Positions 27,282 through 39,120 of a stretch of 64,000 bases of DNA are shown here, one piece after another. Each line of letters begins with the position of its first letter. Position 1 is the first letter of the stretch. A model generated the notes under the pieces. That model was not told the DNA's origin and did not search any database. It saw only the letters and a list, made by a program, of their open reading frames with translations. This stretch comes from Podarcis vaucheri (taxonomy: Eukaryota): the NCBI GenBank assembly GCA_965113315.1, contig OZ220379.1, one strand, 5' to 3'. The position numbers were made by a program, and so were the translations under genes.

Positions 27282-27523
27282 CAGTGGTACCTCATGTTAC
27301 ATACGCTTCAGGTTACAGATGCTTCAGGTTACAGACTCTGCTAACCCAGAAATATTACCTCGGGTTAAGAACTTTGCTTCAGGATGAGAACAGAAATCGT
27401 GTTCCGGTGGCGCGGCAGCAGCGGGAGGCCCCATTAGCTAAAGAGGTGCTTCAGGTTAAGAACAGTTTCAGGTTAAGAACGGACCTCCGGAACGAATTAA
27501 GTACTTAACCCGAGGTACTGCTG
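27282..27523 (+). mobile_element. CAGTGGTACCTC MITE
   Basis: TIRs with TA flanks. Confidence 0.85.
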
Positions 27524-28852
27524 TAGTCTATTAAGTATCTTTAGTCCTAGTTTTCCAAAGATTTGATTTATGTCAAAGATACACTCCAACTGTCCCTGTT
27601 TATCTTGTTTTCTGGTACCAGTCTCTTGTAGAAGGCTATAACTCTTTTTCCGTTTGGGAAGATGCCAGAAATACCTTTTAACAATTTTGTTAGCAGGCAC
27701 ACACATGCACTTGAGTTTTTCAGGTTGAGCTTGCTTTCCCAGGTTCCTTGATGTTAGATATTTGAGTGGTGGGAAAGATGCACCTTGACTCTGTACATGT
27801 TCTCACACATGCGCACATACATGGTTACAAAATTCCAGTGTCCTGCCTCCCACCCTACAAAGTAGGGTCTTATCTGGACAGTAAATATTGTTGCTTTTTA
27901 TATGGTATTGCCAGATGATCCACGGTGGATTGTATTGGATATTAAATATTGCATTAAATGTCTTTGCATTTTAAAATGCAACTTTCAGAATAAAAGATGG
28001 AAATTCCAAAACGTGCAATTGCGGGAGAGAGAGCTCAGGCAGTGATCCTTGGGTATGAGAATGGGGTTTTAGAGATTCATAAGGGTATCCATATTTTCTT
28101 CTTTGGAAATGTTGCAGGGCGAGTATGAAAAAACTGCAAGTGCAACCCAAGGTAAGTTCTGGAAGTCTTGAAATCATTCAGATCTCTGTTGGGGCTGTCT
28201 GCAGTGCACTTGGGCATTGCTGATATTCTGGAGCTATTTATTTCTCTGAATGAGTGAAGGTACAGAATGGGTCACATACGGGAAACATAATTTTTGCATG
28301 AATTTGGACTTTTCTTCCTTAAATAATGTGTATCTGAAGAAGTGTGCATGCACACGAAAGCTCATACCAAGAACTAACTTAGTTGGTCTTTAAGGTGCTA
28401 CTGGAAGGATTTTTTTTATTTTAAATAATAAAAATGTAAGAATGTCACTGTGCAATCCCCCCTCCCACCCGTGCAGGGTTTGTAGTGCCTTATCACAATT
28501 CTGGATTTGCATGAAGTCAAGGAGGGGTTGGGGAGGAAAAATCAATGCAGTTTGCACAACAACAAACTATTGCACGGGAGTGTGAAGAAAAGACCTTAAG
28601 AGGGGGAAAGTGATTGTTTAAAACAAGAGCAGAAGTTTGAATGAAGCAGAGGTGATGATGACGACGACAACAACAACAACAACAACAACAACATATTGTT
28701 CTAAAAAGAGATGTTCCAAACACTGTAAGCATTCATGTAAGCATTTTCATGAATACATTCTATGTGATGTGAAGAGAAGAGCACAACCACATCCCCTAAG
28801 TGAGAAGAAGTGATGGCTCTGTTTTCACATACTTTTTTTCTTCTAATTTCAG

Positions 28853-28985
28853 GCATATGAGGACTCAGGAGAGGTTGTGAAAAGACATCAGAAAGCCAAA
28901 ATCATGTTCCTTTGTGCTCTGCTGTTCATCGCTTTCCTTGGCCTCCTGCTAGTCATTATCTTCACTGCTGTTACACGTAACCTAG
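28853..28985 (+). CDS. KEL: KEL exon (TM anchor): AYEDSGEVVKRHQKAKIMFLCALLFIAFLGLLLVIIFTAVTRNL
   Basis: Polypyrimidine tract plus tttcag acceptor; basic residues followed by a hydrophobic stretch; phase-1 donor G|gtact (alternative phase-1 donor after 28976). Confidence 0.85.
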
Positions 28986-31900
28986 GTACTAGAATACTCC
29001 TTCCCTCTGACTTACCCTTTTCTTGTCCATATGTGGGATTTCCCCTTATCACTTGTTCGCTCCCTTTGAAATGTAGGCAGCCAGTGGCTGGGACCAGTGG
29101 CTGTGTCCACATGTAATGCTAAACCATGGTTTTAGCACAGTGTTGGGGAAGCTGGGGCCATCCAGAAGTTGTTGGACTACAATACCCATCACACCTGACC
29201 ATTGGCCCTGCTGGCTGGGGCTGATGGAAATTGGAGTGTAACTGCATAGTTCCTCAACGCTGGTTTAGTGCTATTTTGACAAGTCAGCACAAGCCTGAGC
29301 AAAACATCGATTTTGCACACTTCCCTTGTCCTCCCTACAGCCGTTGCCTATTCTCTGCTAAACGTTGTCTCTACATTTCTCCAGAAACATGCAACACTAC
29401 AACATGCCTTGCGTTCCTGCTGAGGTTGCTGAATTCCCACAACAACACCATTGATCCCTGTGACGATTTCTACAGCTACACTTGTGGCAACTGGGAAGCT
29501 AACCACACGCGGGGGCTAAACATGCCGTTGGCGAATGTCTTTGATATGCTCTTGGAAGAAAACCAGCTGATCATGAGGCGGCTCTTAGGTAAGGAGAAGA
29601 GACAGATGGTGGCTGCTGTGTTCGGAATCCTTTACTATTGTGGTGGGGGGTGAGGAACCTATTCCAATAAGACGTGTCAAGACATCATCCATCACAAGAA
29701 CACATATGCACCACTAGCACGAATAATGTTCACCCTATGCCATCATAAGAAGGTTCATCCAACTGGTGCATCCATCCATCATTAATAGAACCATACCTTG
29801 CGCAGAACCATTTCAGATGTTAACTTTTGATGTGGTAATGCCACCACTAGGTAACATTTTCCTGCTGTTTCGATGTGCTGAACCAAAATGTACTTTAAGG
29901 GGAAAGGAGGTTGTTTTTAATATATACTGAGCCTAAGCACATGTGACTATACATACCCATATATCCATTCCTTTTAATTCCTGCTTATTTTGATTCCTCT
30001 TGCCCCCTTCCCTCCCCCTGATGTCTTCCTCACTGTCAAAAGTTATATTGCATGTTTTGCAGTTTAGGGACTTGTCCTTTTTTAATCATGGAACTGTGCA
30101 AAGTGTTGGCCACGTTGATTGCACTATTCTAAGTAAATGGCTAGAATTCTTATAGCTCATAAGAAATAGCTAATTAGTTCTACGCTACATTTGAAATTCA
30201 GCCCCATCATTAGCACCCACTGTGTTCTGGTTCTTGTTGCCCTTTTAGCACCGTCAGGTCACAAAACTACAGTGACAGTAGAAGCCACAACTGGCAAAAT
30301 TCCCCATCGGGGTCTAGACTTCAGAACTAGCCATGACACGTCCCCATACCTTCCTATTGCCTTCTTGCCAGTGTAGTATGCAGCCCATCTTTGCTATGTA
30401 TACTATATAAAGGTAAAGGTAAAGGGACCCCTGACCATTAGGTCCAGTCGTGACCGACTCTGGGGTTGCGGTGCTCATCTCGCTTTACTGGCTGAGGGAA
30501 CCGGCATACAGCTTCCGGGCCATGTGGCCAGCATGACTAAGCCGCTTCTGGCGAACCAGAGCAGTGCACGGAACAACAGGACAGAACAACAGGAGCTCAC
30601 CCCATCACGGGGATTCGAACCGCTGACCTTCTGATCGGCAAGTCCTAGGCTCTGTGGTTTAACCCACAGCGCCACCCGCGTCCCTTTGTATACTATATAG
30701 ACAGAGGCAAAAGAAAGACTGGCCAAGAAGCAGGATGACTAAGAGTGGCATTGGTTCTGCCTCTTGATCAAGCTGCCAGCATTGCTGTTTCACTGCGCAT
30801 TTTATCTTCTGCCATCTCCAGGTTAATTTGCTCTGCTTATTAACGTCCAACCGTTTTTTGTATGTTACCTGCCTTCTCTTCCTCAGAAGAGCCACACCTG
30901 GGGTCTAACAGCTCAGCAAAGGAGAAAGCTGTACAGTTTTACACCTCTTGCATGAATACAGAACAGATTGAAGCTCGAGGTGCTCAGCCTTTGGAGGAGC
31001 TCATAGATAAGGTGATGACTGCACACAGATGTGCACATATACCCCCCCTTGCACAGATACGTCCTTGAATATATCTAGGCCCATCCTCTTCCTACCAGCA
31101 GTAGAATAAAACAACAAGTAAGTTGGAAAAGCTCAACTCATAATCAACCTGCATCTCACGTCACTAATGAGCTGGTGATTGTTTGGTAGGTTGTATCAAT
31201 ACAATGGTACCTCGGGTTACGAACTTAATTCATTCCGGGGGTCTGTTGTTAACCCGAAACCGTTCTTAACCTGAGGCATGCTTTCACTAATGGGGCCTCC
31301 TGCTGCCGCCATGCCGCTGGCTCACGATTTCCGTTCTCATCTTGGTGCAAAGTTCTCAACCCGAGGTACTACTTCCAGGTTAGCAAAGTTTGTAACCTGA
31401 AGTGTTTGTAACCCAAACTGTTTGTAACCCGAGGTAGCACTGTATTCGTTTTTGGCATGTATCCATAAAACACCAGCATTCCTTACAATGTGCCCTATCC
31501 TATCTTTCTACCCTTATTTCCTGTTATATCTCAAGTTGAGGCTAATACACCTTTTGGCTTTTGCTCTCATTTGTCCTTGTTACCTTTATCTCTTCCCCTC
31601 CTTCAGCGCCTCCCACTACTGAAATTTAGATTGCAAGACCTTTGGGAAAGGATTTCTCAAATTTGGGTTTTTGCTAATCTGCAAAGTGCCATGCATATTA
31701 ATGGTGCTATAGTAATCACAAATCTTCCTCTCTTTTTCTGTAACTGATAAAGTGATCATAACATTCACATCAATCAAACATTGATTCCTCATACATCACT
31801 CAGGTGGAATTTATTCGAAATTGTGAAAAACAAAACCCAACTCTCTCATTTTGTATTTGCACAGATTGGTGGCTGGAATATCACAGGAACCTGGAAGGAG

Positions 31901-34900
31901 ACAGATTTTAACCAGACTCTTCAGATACTCATGGGAAAATACAATACGTTCCCTTTCTTCAAAGCCTATGTGGGACCTAATGCCTCTGATCCAAGCACCA
32001 ATATTATCCAGGTAGGGAACACCAGCAGGCAAAAGTTAGTTGTCAGAGTTGGATCATGAGAAGTACAGTCATACAGGGGAGCATTTTAAGAAAGTCTGCT
32101 GCTCAAAATCCTGTAGAGCTGCTACCAGTCAGTACATGCTGTGGGTGGGCAGAGTTCTGGATCTGTTTTGTGTTTTAGAGAATCCACAAACTGAGCCAAG
32201 TGCAAAAGACACAGAGCTAGAATTAAAGAACAAGGCACCACTGACAGGTCGTATTCAGAGTCTAGCTCTTTGTTTTTAGTACCCAAGTTGAACTAAGCCC
32301 ACAAGCCTTTCACCCAACACTCTACGCCTGGTTAGCTGCCTTCATTTCATCAGCCTTGTTTAGCCTTTAAACAACTGCAAATCAGAAACCAATGAGCAGG
32401 TCTAGAACTGTCTACCTTTTGGTGCTGTCCAATACACAGCCAAGCATACAGAGCGCTGAGAAAGTACAAGTTCTGGTACAATTTGGACTTGAGTTGATAA
32501 GGGAGCACTGGGGCAGATCCCACTGTATACATGTGTGCAATGTGCATGCATATCAAATGGCCACCTGTGCAAATGCAATTAAAAACAGCATGCGCTGACA
32601 TGGTAGACATTTGCTGCGGGCCCTGCTGTTTCCATTGGAGGGATTTCCATAGCGTTCAATATTCACCTTATTCCCCTCCCCTTATGAGTTGCAACTCTGG
32701 CATCATTAAACCCCCACAATCTTCTGGCTATTGTTTTTTTTTTGTTACCCCATCTATAATGACACTCATATTTATTCCGTCCATGTCTTCTTATCTCAGA
32801 TTGACCATCCAGAGTTTGAGCTGCCTCCAGAAACACAGTTCAAGAAAAAAGGGACTTATTCCCAGGTAAAAAGTCCTACATGACAGTTGGGTCACTGGTG
32901 GAGTATTTCCACAGCCAGCCTTCATTGGTGTGGTATGAGAAACCATTGTTTGGAAAGTTATGGAACTGCTGAGAATTGAGGAAGTGTATTTGCATGTGCA
33001 AACATATCCTCTGGACATGGACATAGCCAGGATTTTTTTTTTGGGGGGGACAGGCCTTTTGTTATGGGGGGCAGAACCTCAGGAGGAGCGCCTCCACCCC
33101 CATCGTTCAGCCCAGACACCGAGGTCCAGCTCCGAGGGCCTTCTAGTAGTTCCCTCACTGCGAGAAGTGAGGTTACAGGGAACCAGGCAGAGGGCCTTCT
33201 TGGTAGTGGCACCCGCCCTGTGGAGCGTCCTCCCACCAGATGTCAAGGAAATAATGAGCACAAAACTTTTAGAAGACATCTGAAGGCAGCCCTGTTTAGG
33301 GAAGTTTTTTTGTTTTTGTTTAATAAATTTTATTAAATTTTACACCGTGATAACACAAACCACAAAGCGAGATGATACACAATAACAGAAAAAGAAAAAA
33401 GAAGAAAGGGGGGGGAGGGGGAACAATAAACAGATAAACAATAACAACAAACTTAATTCTTCACAAATCCAACCTTTTAAACTTCTTGGTTGACTTCCCC
33501 AAATCCCTCCCTCCCTTCTGAGTTTCCTTGTAATTAAAAGTAACAGCTTTCCAATATCATTATTAAACTAAAACAATTTCCAATTATAGTCCATCTTATT
33601 CACTTTTCTTAACATTCTAAATCCCGTTTATTTATTTATGACTTAATTTAATCCTAGGCCTATTTGTTTCTTTCAAGTAATTTCTAATTTTTTATATTAC
33701 AATATTTATTCAAATAGTCCTTGAATTTCCTCCAGTCCTCTTGAAACTCCTCTTCTTTCTGGTCGCGGATTCTTAGGGAATTCTTAGGGAAACTTAGGGA
33801 AGTTTTTAATGTTTGATGTTTTATGATGTTTTTAATATTTTGTTGGGAGCCACCCAATATTATTATTATTATTATTGATTTAGGGTGGCAGGTGCCCCTC
33901 CCTGCCCCCCTTGGCTATGCCCATGCCTGTGTTCCAGGGCTGCTAGTCTGAAGATAAATAGAAATTCAAAAAGTGGCACATATGGGGAAATCAGGCCAGA
34001 GTCAGTTTGGTCTTTACAGGGCCAAATAGAACTGGATTGGCTGGGGGTGTCGCCTGGTGGATCTTGTATCTTCGGTGCCATCTTCTGGCCATCAGCTGTG
34101 GCAGTGCTGGAAGAGCAGGAGGTGGCAGGCTAGCTGCTCATCATTTAACAGGTTGACCTTGTGGCACAGAAGATAAGATGCTGGGGTCCAGGGGCGCCGA
34201 CTTATAAAAAATATTGGGGGAGCCCGCGAAAGCTCATGAATAATAAATAAGCTCATGAATATGCAGATAAAGTGGCGCCGCCTCCTCTTGAGCGAATAGG
34301 GGAGAGCATGCTGCGCCTATTAATCAGCTCCGAAGGAAATTGGGTGGAGCTTTTGCTCGGGAGGGAGGGCAGGAGGCATGCAGCCCGACCCTGTGCATTT
34401 TGGGCTGGGGGAGGGGTGGCGGTGGTGCTCTGCTGGAGGGGCGCCCGAGATTATTGGGGGGGCGGAGCCCCCCAAATGAATTTTTGAGGGGGCTCGGGCC
34501 CCCTCAGGCCCCATGGAGTCGGCGCCTATGCTGGGGTCCCACTGCCAGGAACTTGGTTTCAGACCCCAGGCAACATATGCTATATTATTATCTGTTTATT
34601 TTTACCGTGATGGGACTCAAGGCAATTTACAGATATAAACAAGATAGAAAAATCCATCGTTAAAATGCAATTTAACACTGGCAGAATTTAAACTATATAC
34701 ATATATAAAATCTGTTTAAAACATACCAATAATGACAATTAAAAACAGTACAGCACTCGTCCTGGAATTAAATGCAGCCAATTCTCAAAAGTCTGGTGGA
34801 ACACGGAAGTCTCTTCGCCTGTCTAGCTTCTCTAGGGAGTGAGTTCCAAATTCTGGGAGCAGCTATGTCCCCTCTTTTGTGACCCCCCCCCCAAGCATGT

Positions 34901-37900
34901 CTGGGAAGGTTGCGGGACCAAGAGAGGAACCTCCCCTGAAGATCTCAAAACCTGGGTAGCTTCGTATGAAGGAAGACGGTCTTTCAGATAGCTTGGAACT
35001 AAGCTGTGTAGGACTTTATAGGTCACAGCCTTCCCTTTGAATTGCGCCCGGAAACAGACTGGTAGCCAGTGAAGCTGTTCTCACAAGGGAGTCGTATGCT
35101 CCCTATAACCAGCCCTGGCCAACAATCCGACTGCAGCTCTTTGCACCGGTTGAAGTATCCGAGCACTTTTCAAGGGCAGGCCCACATAGAGCTCATTACA
35201 GTAATCCAAACGTGGTGTAACTAAAAGGCATGTGTCACCTTCCAATGTCTGCATTGATTCAAATAATCTTGGCCAGAGAAACCTACATTATATTTAAGAG
35301 TGATTAATCTTAAGTATAAGGACGCGTGTGGCGCTGTGGGTTAAACCACAGAGCCTAGGACTTGCCGATCGGAAAGTCGGTGGTTCAAATCCCTGTGACG
35401 GGGTGAGCTCCCATTGCTCGGTCCCTGCTCCTGCCAACCTAGCAGTTTCTAAGCACATCAAAGTGCAAGTAGATAAATAGGTACCGCTCTGGCGGGAAGG
35501 TAAACGGCATTTCCGTGCACTGCTCTGGTTCACCAGAAGCGGCTTCATCATGCTGGCCACATGACCCAGAAGCTGTACGCTGGTTCCCTCGGCCAAGAAA
35601 GCGAGATGAGCGCCACAACCCCAGAATTGGCCCTTTACCTTTAACCTTAAGTATGGGTTGAGTTCAAGGACAGGTGGATAGTAAAGGGGCCTAGGGAGCG
35701 GTAGGAGGTATCTGAAGAGTTTTATACTTTGGTCTAATGGATGCCTCAGAGATGGAGATTCTGTTTGACAGCAAGGTTTCATTTACAGGTTCTGCGTTTG
35801 TACTTCCAGTACCTCACAAAGCTAGGACACCTGATGGGAGGGCGTACAGACCTTACCACCACTTACATCGCCTTGGCATTCTCCTTTATCTCCAACCTCC
35901 AGAAGGCAGTTACACCCTTGAAGATGCGAAAGGAAAAACGGATGCTATTTTACTCCACTACCATCAAGGAGCTGCAGGTATATATACATCCTGCAGCCAT
36001 ACATGGCGCTGTGGTCTAAACCACTGAGCCTCTTGGGCTTGCCGATCAGAAGGTCGGCGGTTCGAATCCGAGCGACAGGGTGAGCTCCTGTTGCTCTGTC
36101 CCAGCTCCTGCCAACCTAGCAGTTCGGAAGCACTCCAGTGCAAGTAGTCAAATAGGTACCACTGCAGCGGGAAGGTAAACAGCATTTCCGTACACTCTGG
36201 TTTCCATCACGGTCTCCTGTTGTGCCAGAAGTGGTTTAGTCATGCTGGCCACATAACCCAGAAAGCTGTCTGTGGACAAACGCTGGCTCCCTTGGCCGGA
36301 ATGCGAGATGAGCACCGCACCCCATAGTCTCCTTTGACTGGACTTAACCGTCCTTTACCTTTTACCTTTTAGTGGAGAATAACAAATATGTCAGGTGGTA
36401 TTCACCTAACAAGTCCCATCAACAGATACTGTACCCTGCACAAGAATGTCTGGTTGCACAATGCGAGTTTCTCTTCATGTATCCCAGTGCCCCCCAAACT
36501 GGTTTGCTGTGTGTGTGTCCGGAGAACTCCAGAACAGTACGTGGGGAGAGAGGGCATCATTTAATCTGGCAAGCTGAATTTCTGGTGCTGATGGCACATT
36601 CAGCACAGTGTGTTGTTGAATCGCTCCCATCCAGTTCATTATGGAGATCTGATGAAGGCTGCCCTTACAGGACATACTGGTCTTTCCCCCCTGAAATGGT
36701 TCCATTTTTTGTTGTTCATGAGTAATCTATATTATAATGCACTAGGAGGTTTTTGAAATGTCTGGCACTGATCAGTTGAGTCTTCTTTATATCATAGACA
36801 GGCAGGCTAAGTAGAAGGGTGTCTGGTTGCCATGGAAGGAGAAAGAGGAGAAGCATGGGTCTGGGAAAAGGAGGAGTCAGAGGTAGCCTTCATTTGAAAA
36901 ACTGGAGTTAAGAGGCATACAGTCAGTGGAGGAGTACTACTGCCTTCATGCCTCGCTTGTGGGATTCCCAGAAGCATCTAGCTGGCCACTTCTAGATTAC
37001 AGTAGTACCTTGGGTTACAGACGCTTCAGGTTACAGACTCCGCTAACCCAGAAATAGTACCTCAGGTTAAGAACTTTGCTTCAGGATGAGAACAGAAATC
37101 ATGCTCCGGTGGTGCGGCAGCAGCAGGAGGCCCCATTAGCTAAAGTGGTGCTTCAGGTTAAGAACAGTTTCAGGTTAAGAATGGACCTCCAGAACGAATT
37201 AAGTATGTAACCAGAGGTACCACTGTAGAAGGATCTTTGGTCTGCTTCAGCAAGTTTCTTTTGGTTTTGCACTCATTATACAGTAAGCCTGCGACTTACG
37301 TGCATTTAACTTGTGTGCATTCAGCTTTATGCATACAGCAAAATATAAATATAAAAAATACAAATACAAATACAAATATAAATATGGGGGTGGGAGGGAA
37401 GTGGGCAGTGTTCTGGAAAAAAAATGACTTTGGCAATCCTGCCTGCCATTGAACCCAGTGGGTTTTGACTATATGTGATTTTGGCTTTAGGCACAATCCT
37501 TGGAGGCTAACCCTGGCATAAGTTATAGACCTACAGCATCTTACTGAGACACTTCCCAATAAGATTTTCATGTTCTGGTTGCGAGGGTTGGGTGGGTGCT
37601 TTCTATTTTATGGGTTTCATCCAACTAAATTCTACTTACAGTAGAGTAGACCCATTAATGGGCCTAAGTTCGTCATGTCCATGCACTTCATGGGTCTCCT
37701 CTGAGTAGATTTCCGTTTACCTCTCCCATTTGCCCCTACAAGGAAGTATGCACTATTGAACTTTCACATGAACACGGGCATAGGATCTGATTGCCCATTC
37801 CAGTGCATGGTATGTTCTTCATTCATTCATCCACAGTATGAGCCTTTCACTTCAACAACCATTACTAAGCAATGCTTACTGGGCATTTTGTAATTATTTT

Positions 37901-38854
37901 CCCCTGTAAAATCACTTAATTCTGTTTGAAACTCTTTTAAGGAAAAGGCTCCTGCCATTGATTGGCTGTTGTGCCTCCAGGCTGCTTTCTACCCGGTGCA
38001 GCTGAACATGTATCAACCAGTTGCTGTGCATGACATGGAATATTTGAAAGGGATGTCGCAACTAATTGGAGAATGGCGGCACAAAAGGTGAGGAGCTGGT
38101 GTGTGGTGCTACACAGTGGTGTGCAGTGATTTTTTTTGGTAAGGGAATAGTTAGGGCCAGAAGTACTATTGGATAACTTAAAACCCATTCTCTTAGGGTT
38201 CTGTAAACCTCATACCCAATTCTATTTTTTTGGAAAAAGAGGTGCTGGAACTCACCACGAACTTCTCCCTTGTTCTCTTAGAATGGCAATGGCGCCCACC
38301 TGAGAGGTGCTGGAGCTGAGCTCCTGTGAGCACTGGCTGAAAAAAGCTCTGCTCATACCTGTGCCTTCTTATTCTTGCACATTTGAAATGCACCTGTGAT
38401 GAAGTGAACCGCTCACATTCTATTTTATTTTATTTTTTTGCAGGGATGTACTACAGATCTACATGATACTCTATCTGGTTAGGAATCTGTCCCCAGCTCT
38501 GGACAGACAATTCGAGGAAGCTCATCAGGAACTGACAGACAAGTTGAATAGTAGGGCAACAAACTCAGAAACGGTGAGCTTAGTTCCCTTATCTCCCACA
38601 TTTTAACAGTGAGCTGGAAGTTCCACTTAGAAACTTCCACTTGGGCATTAGGGGGCATTGGTGCTCAAGGAAGGGACGAAAGGCTTAGCCACACTTCCTG
38701 TTGCCCCACTGCTTTCCCCCAGGGAAAACTGCTCTTTAGTGCTCAGTTGGAGCAAACAGCAATTTCGGTTTCCCCAGATAGATGTTTGCTCCAGTTAGCA
38801 CTAAGGAGCATGTTTTTGCTCAGAAAGGGGCAGGGCAAGGGGAAAACTGCTTGG

Positions 38855-38894
<40 letters not shown>

Positions 38895-39071
38895 CGCTTA
38901 CATACAAGGGGGGGCATTTTTAGTTCAGCATTTGCTCTCATTTTCCCAAGCTAGATATTTTAATGTCAGCGTTGTAGGGCGCATGGACAGCTGCAGCAGA
39001 CTCTTGTGTAGCTCTTATTCATCTTTGGACTTATTCAGGAGAGCTTCCCTGTGGATTGTGCCATAGTGTTC

Positions 39072-39120
<49 letters not shown>

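Noticed and set aside
29231-29384. ORF extension SRCLFSAKRCLYISP and upstream acceptor ctacag at 29340 that could supply extra cysteines to Kell
   Set aside because: It would need a phase-2 donor, but both candidate donors of the TM exon are phase 1.
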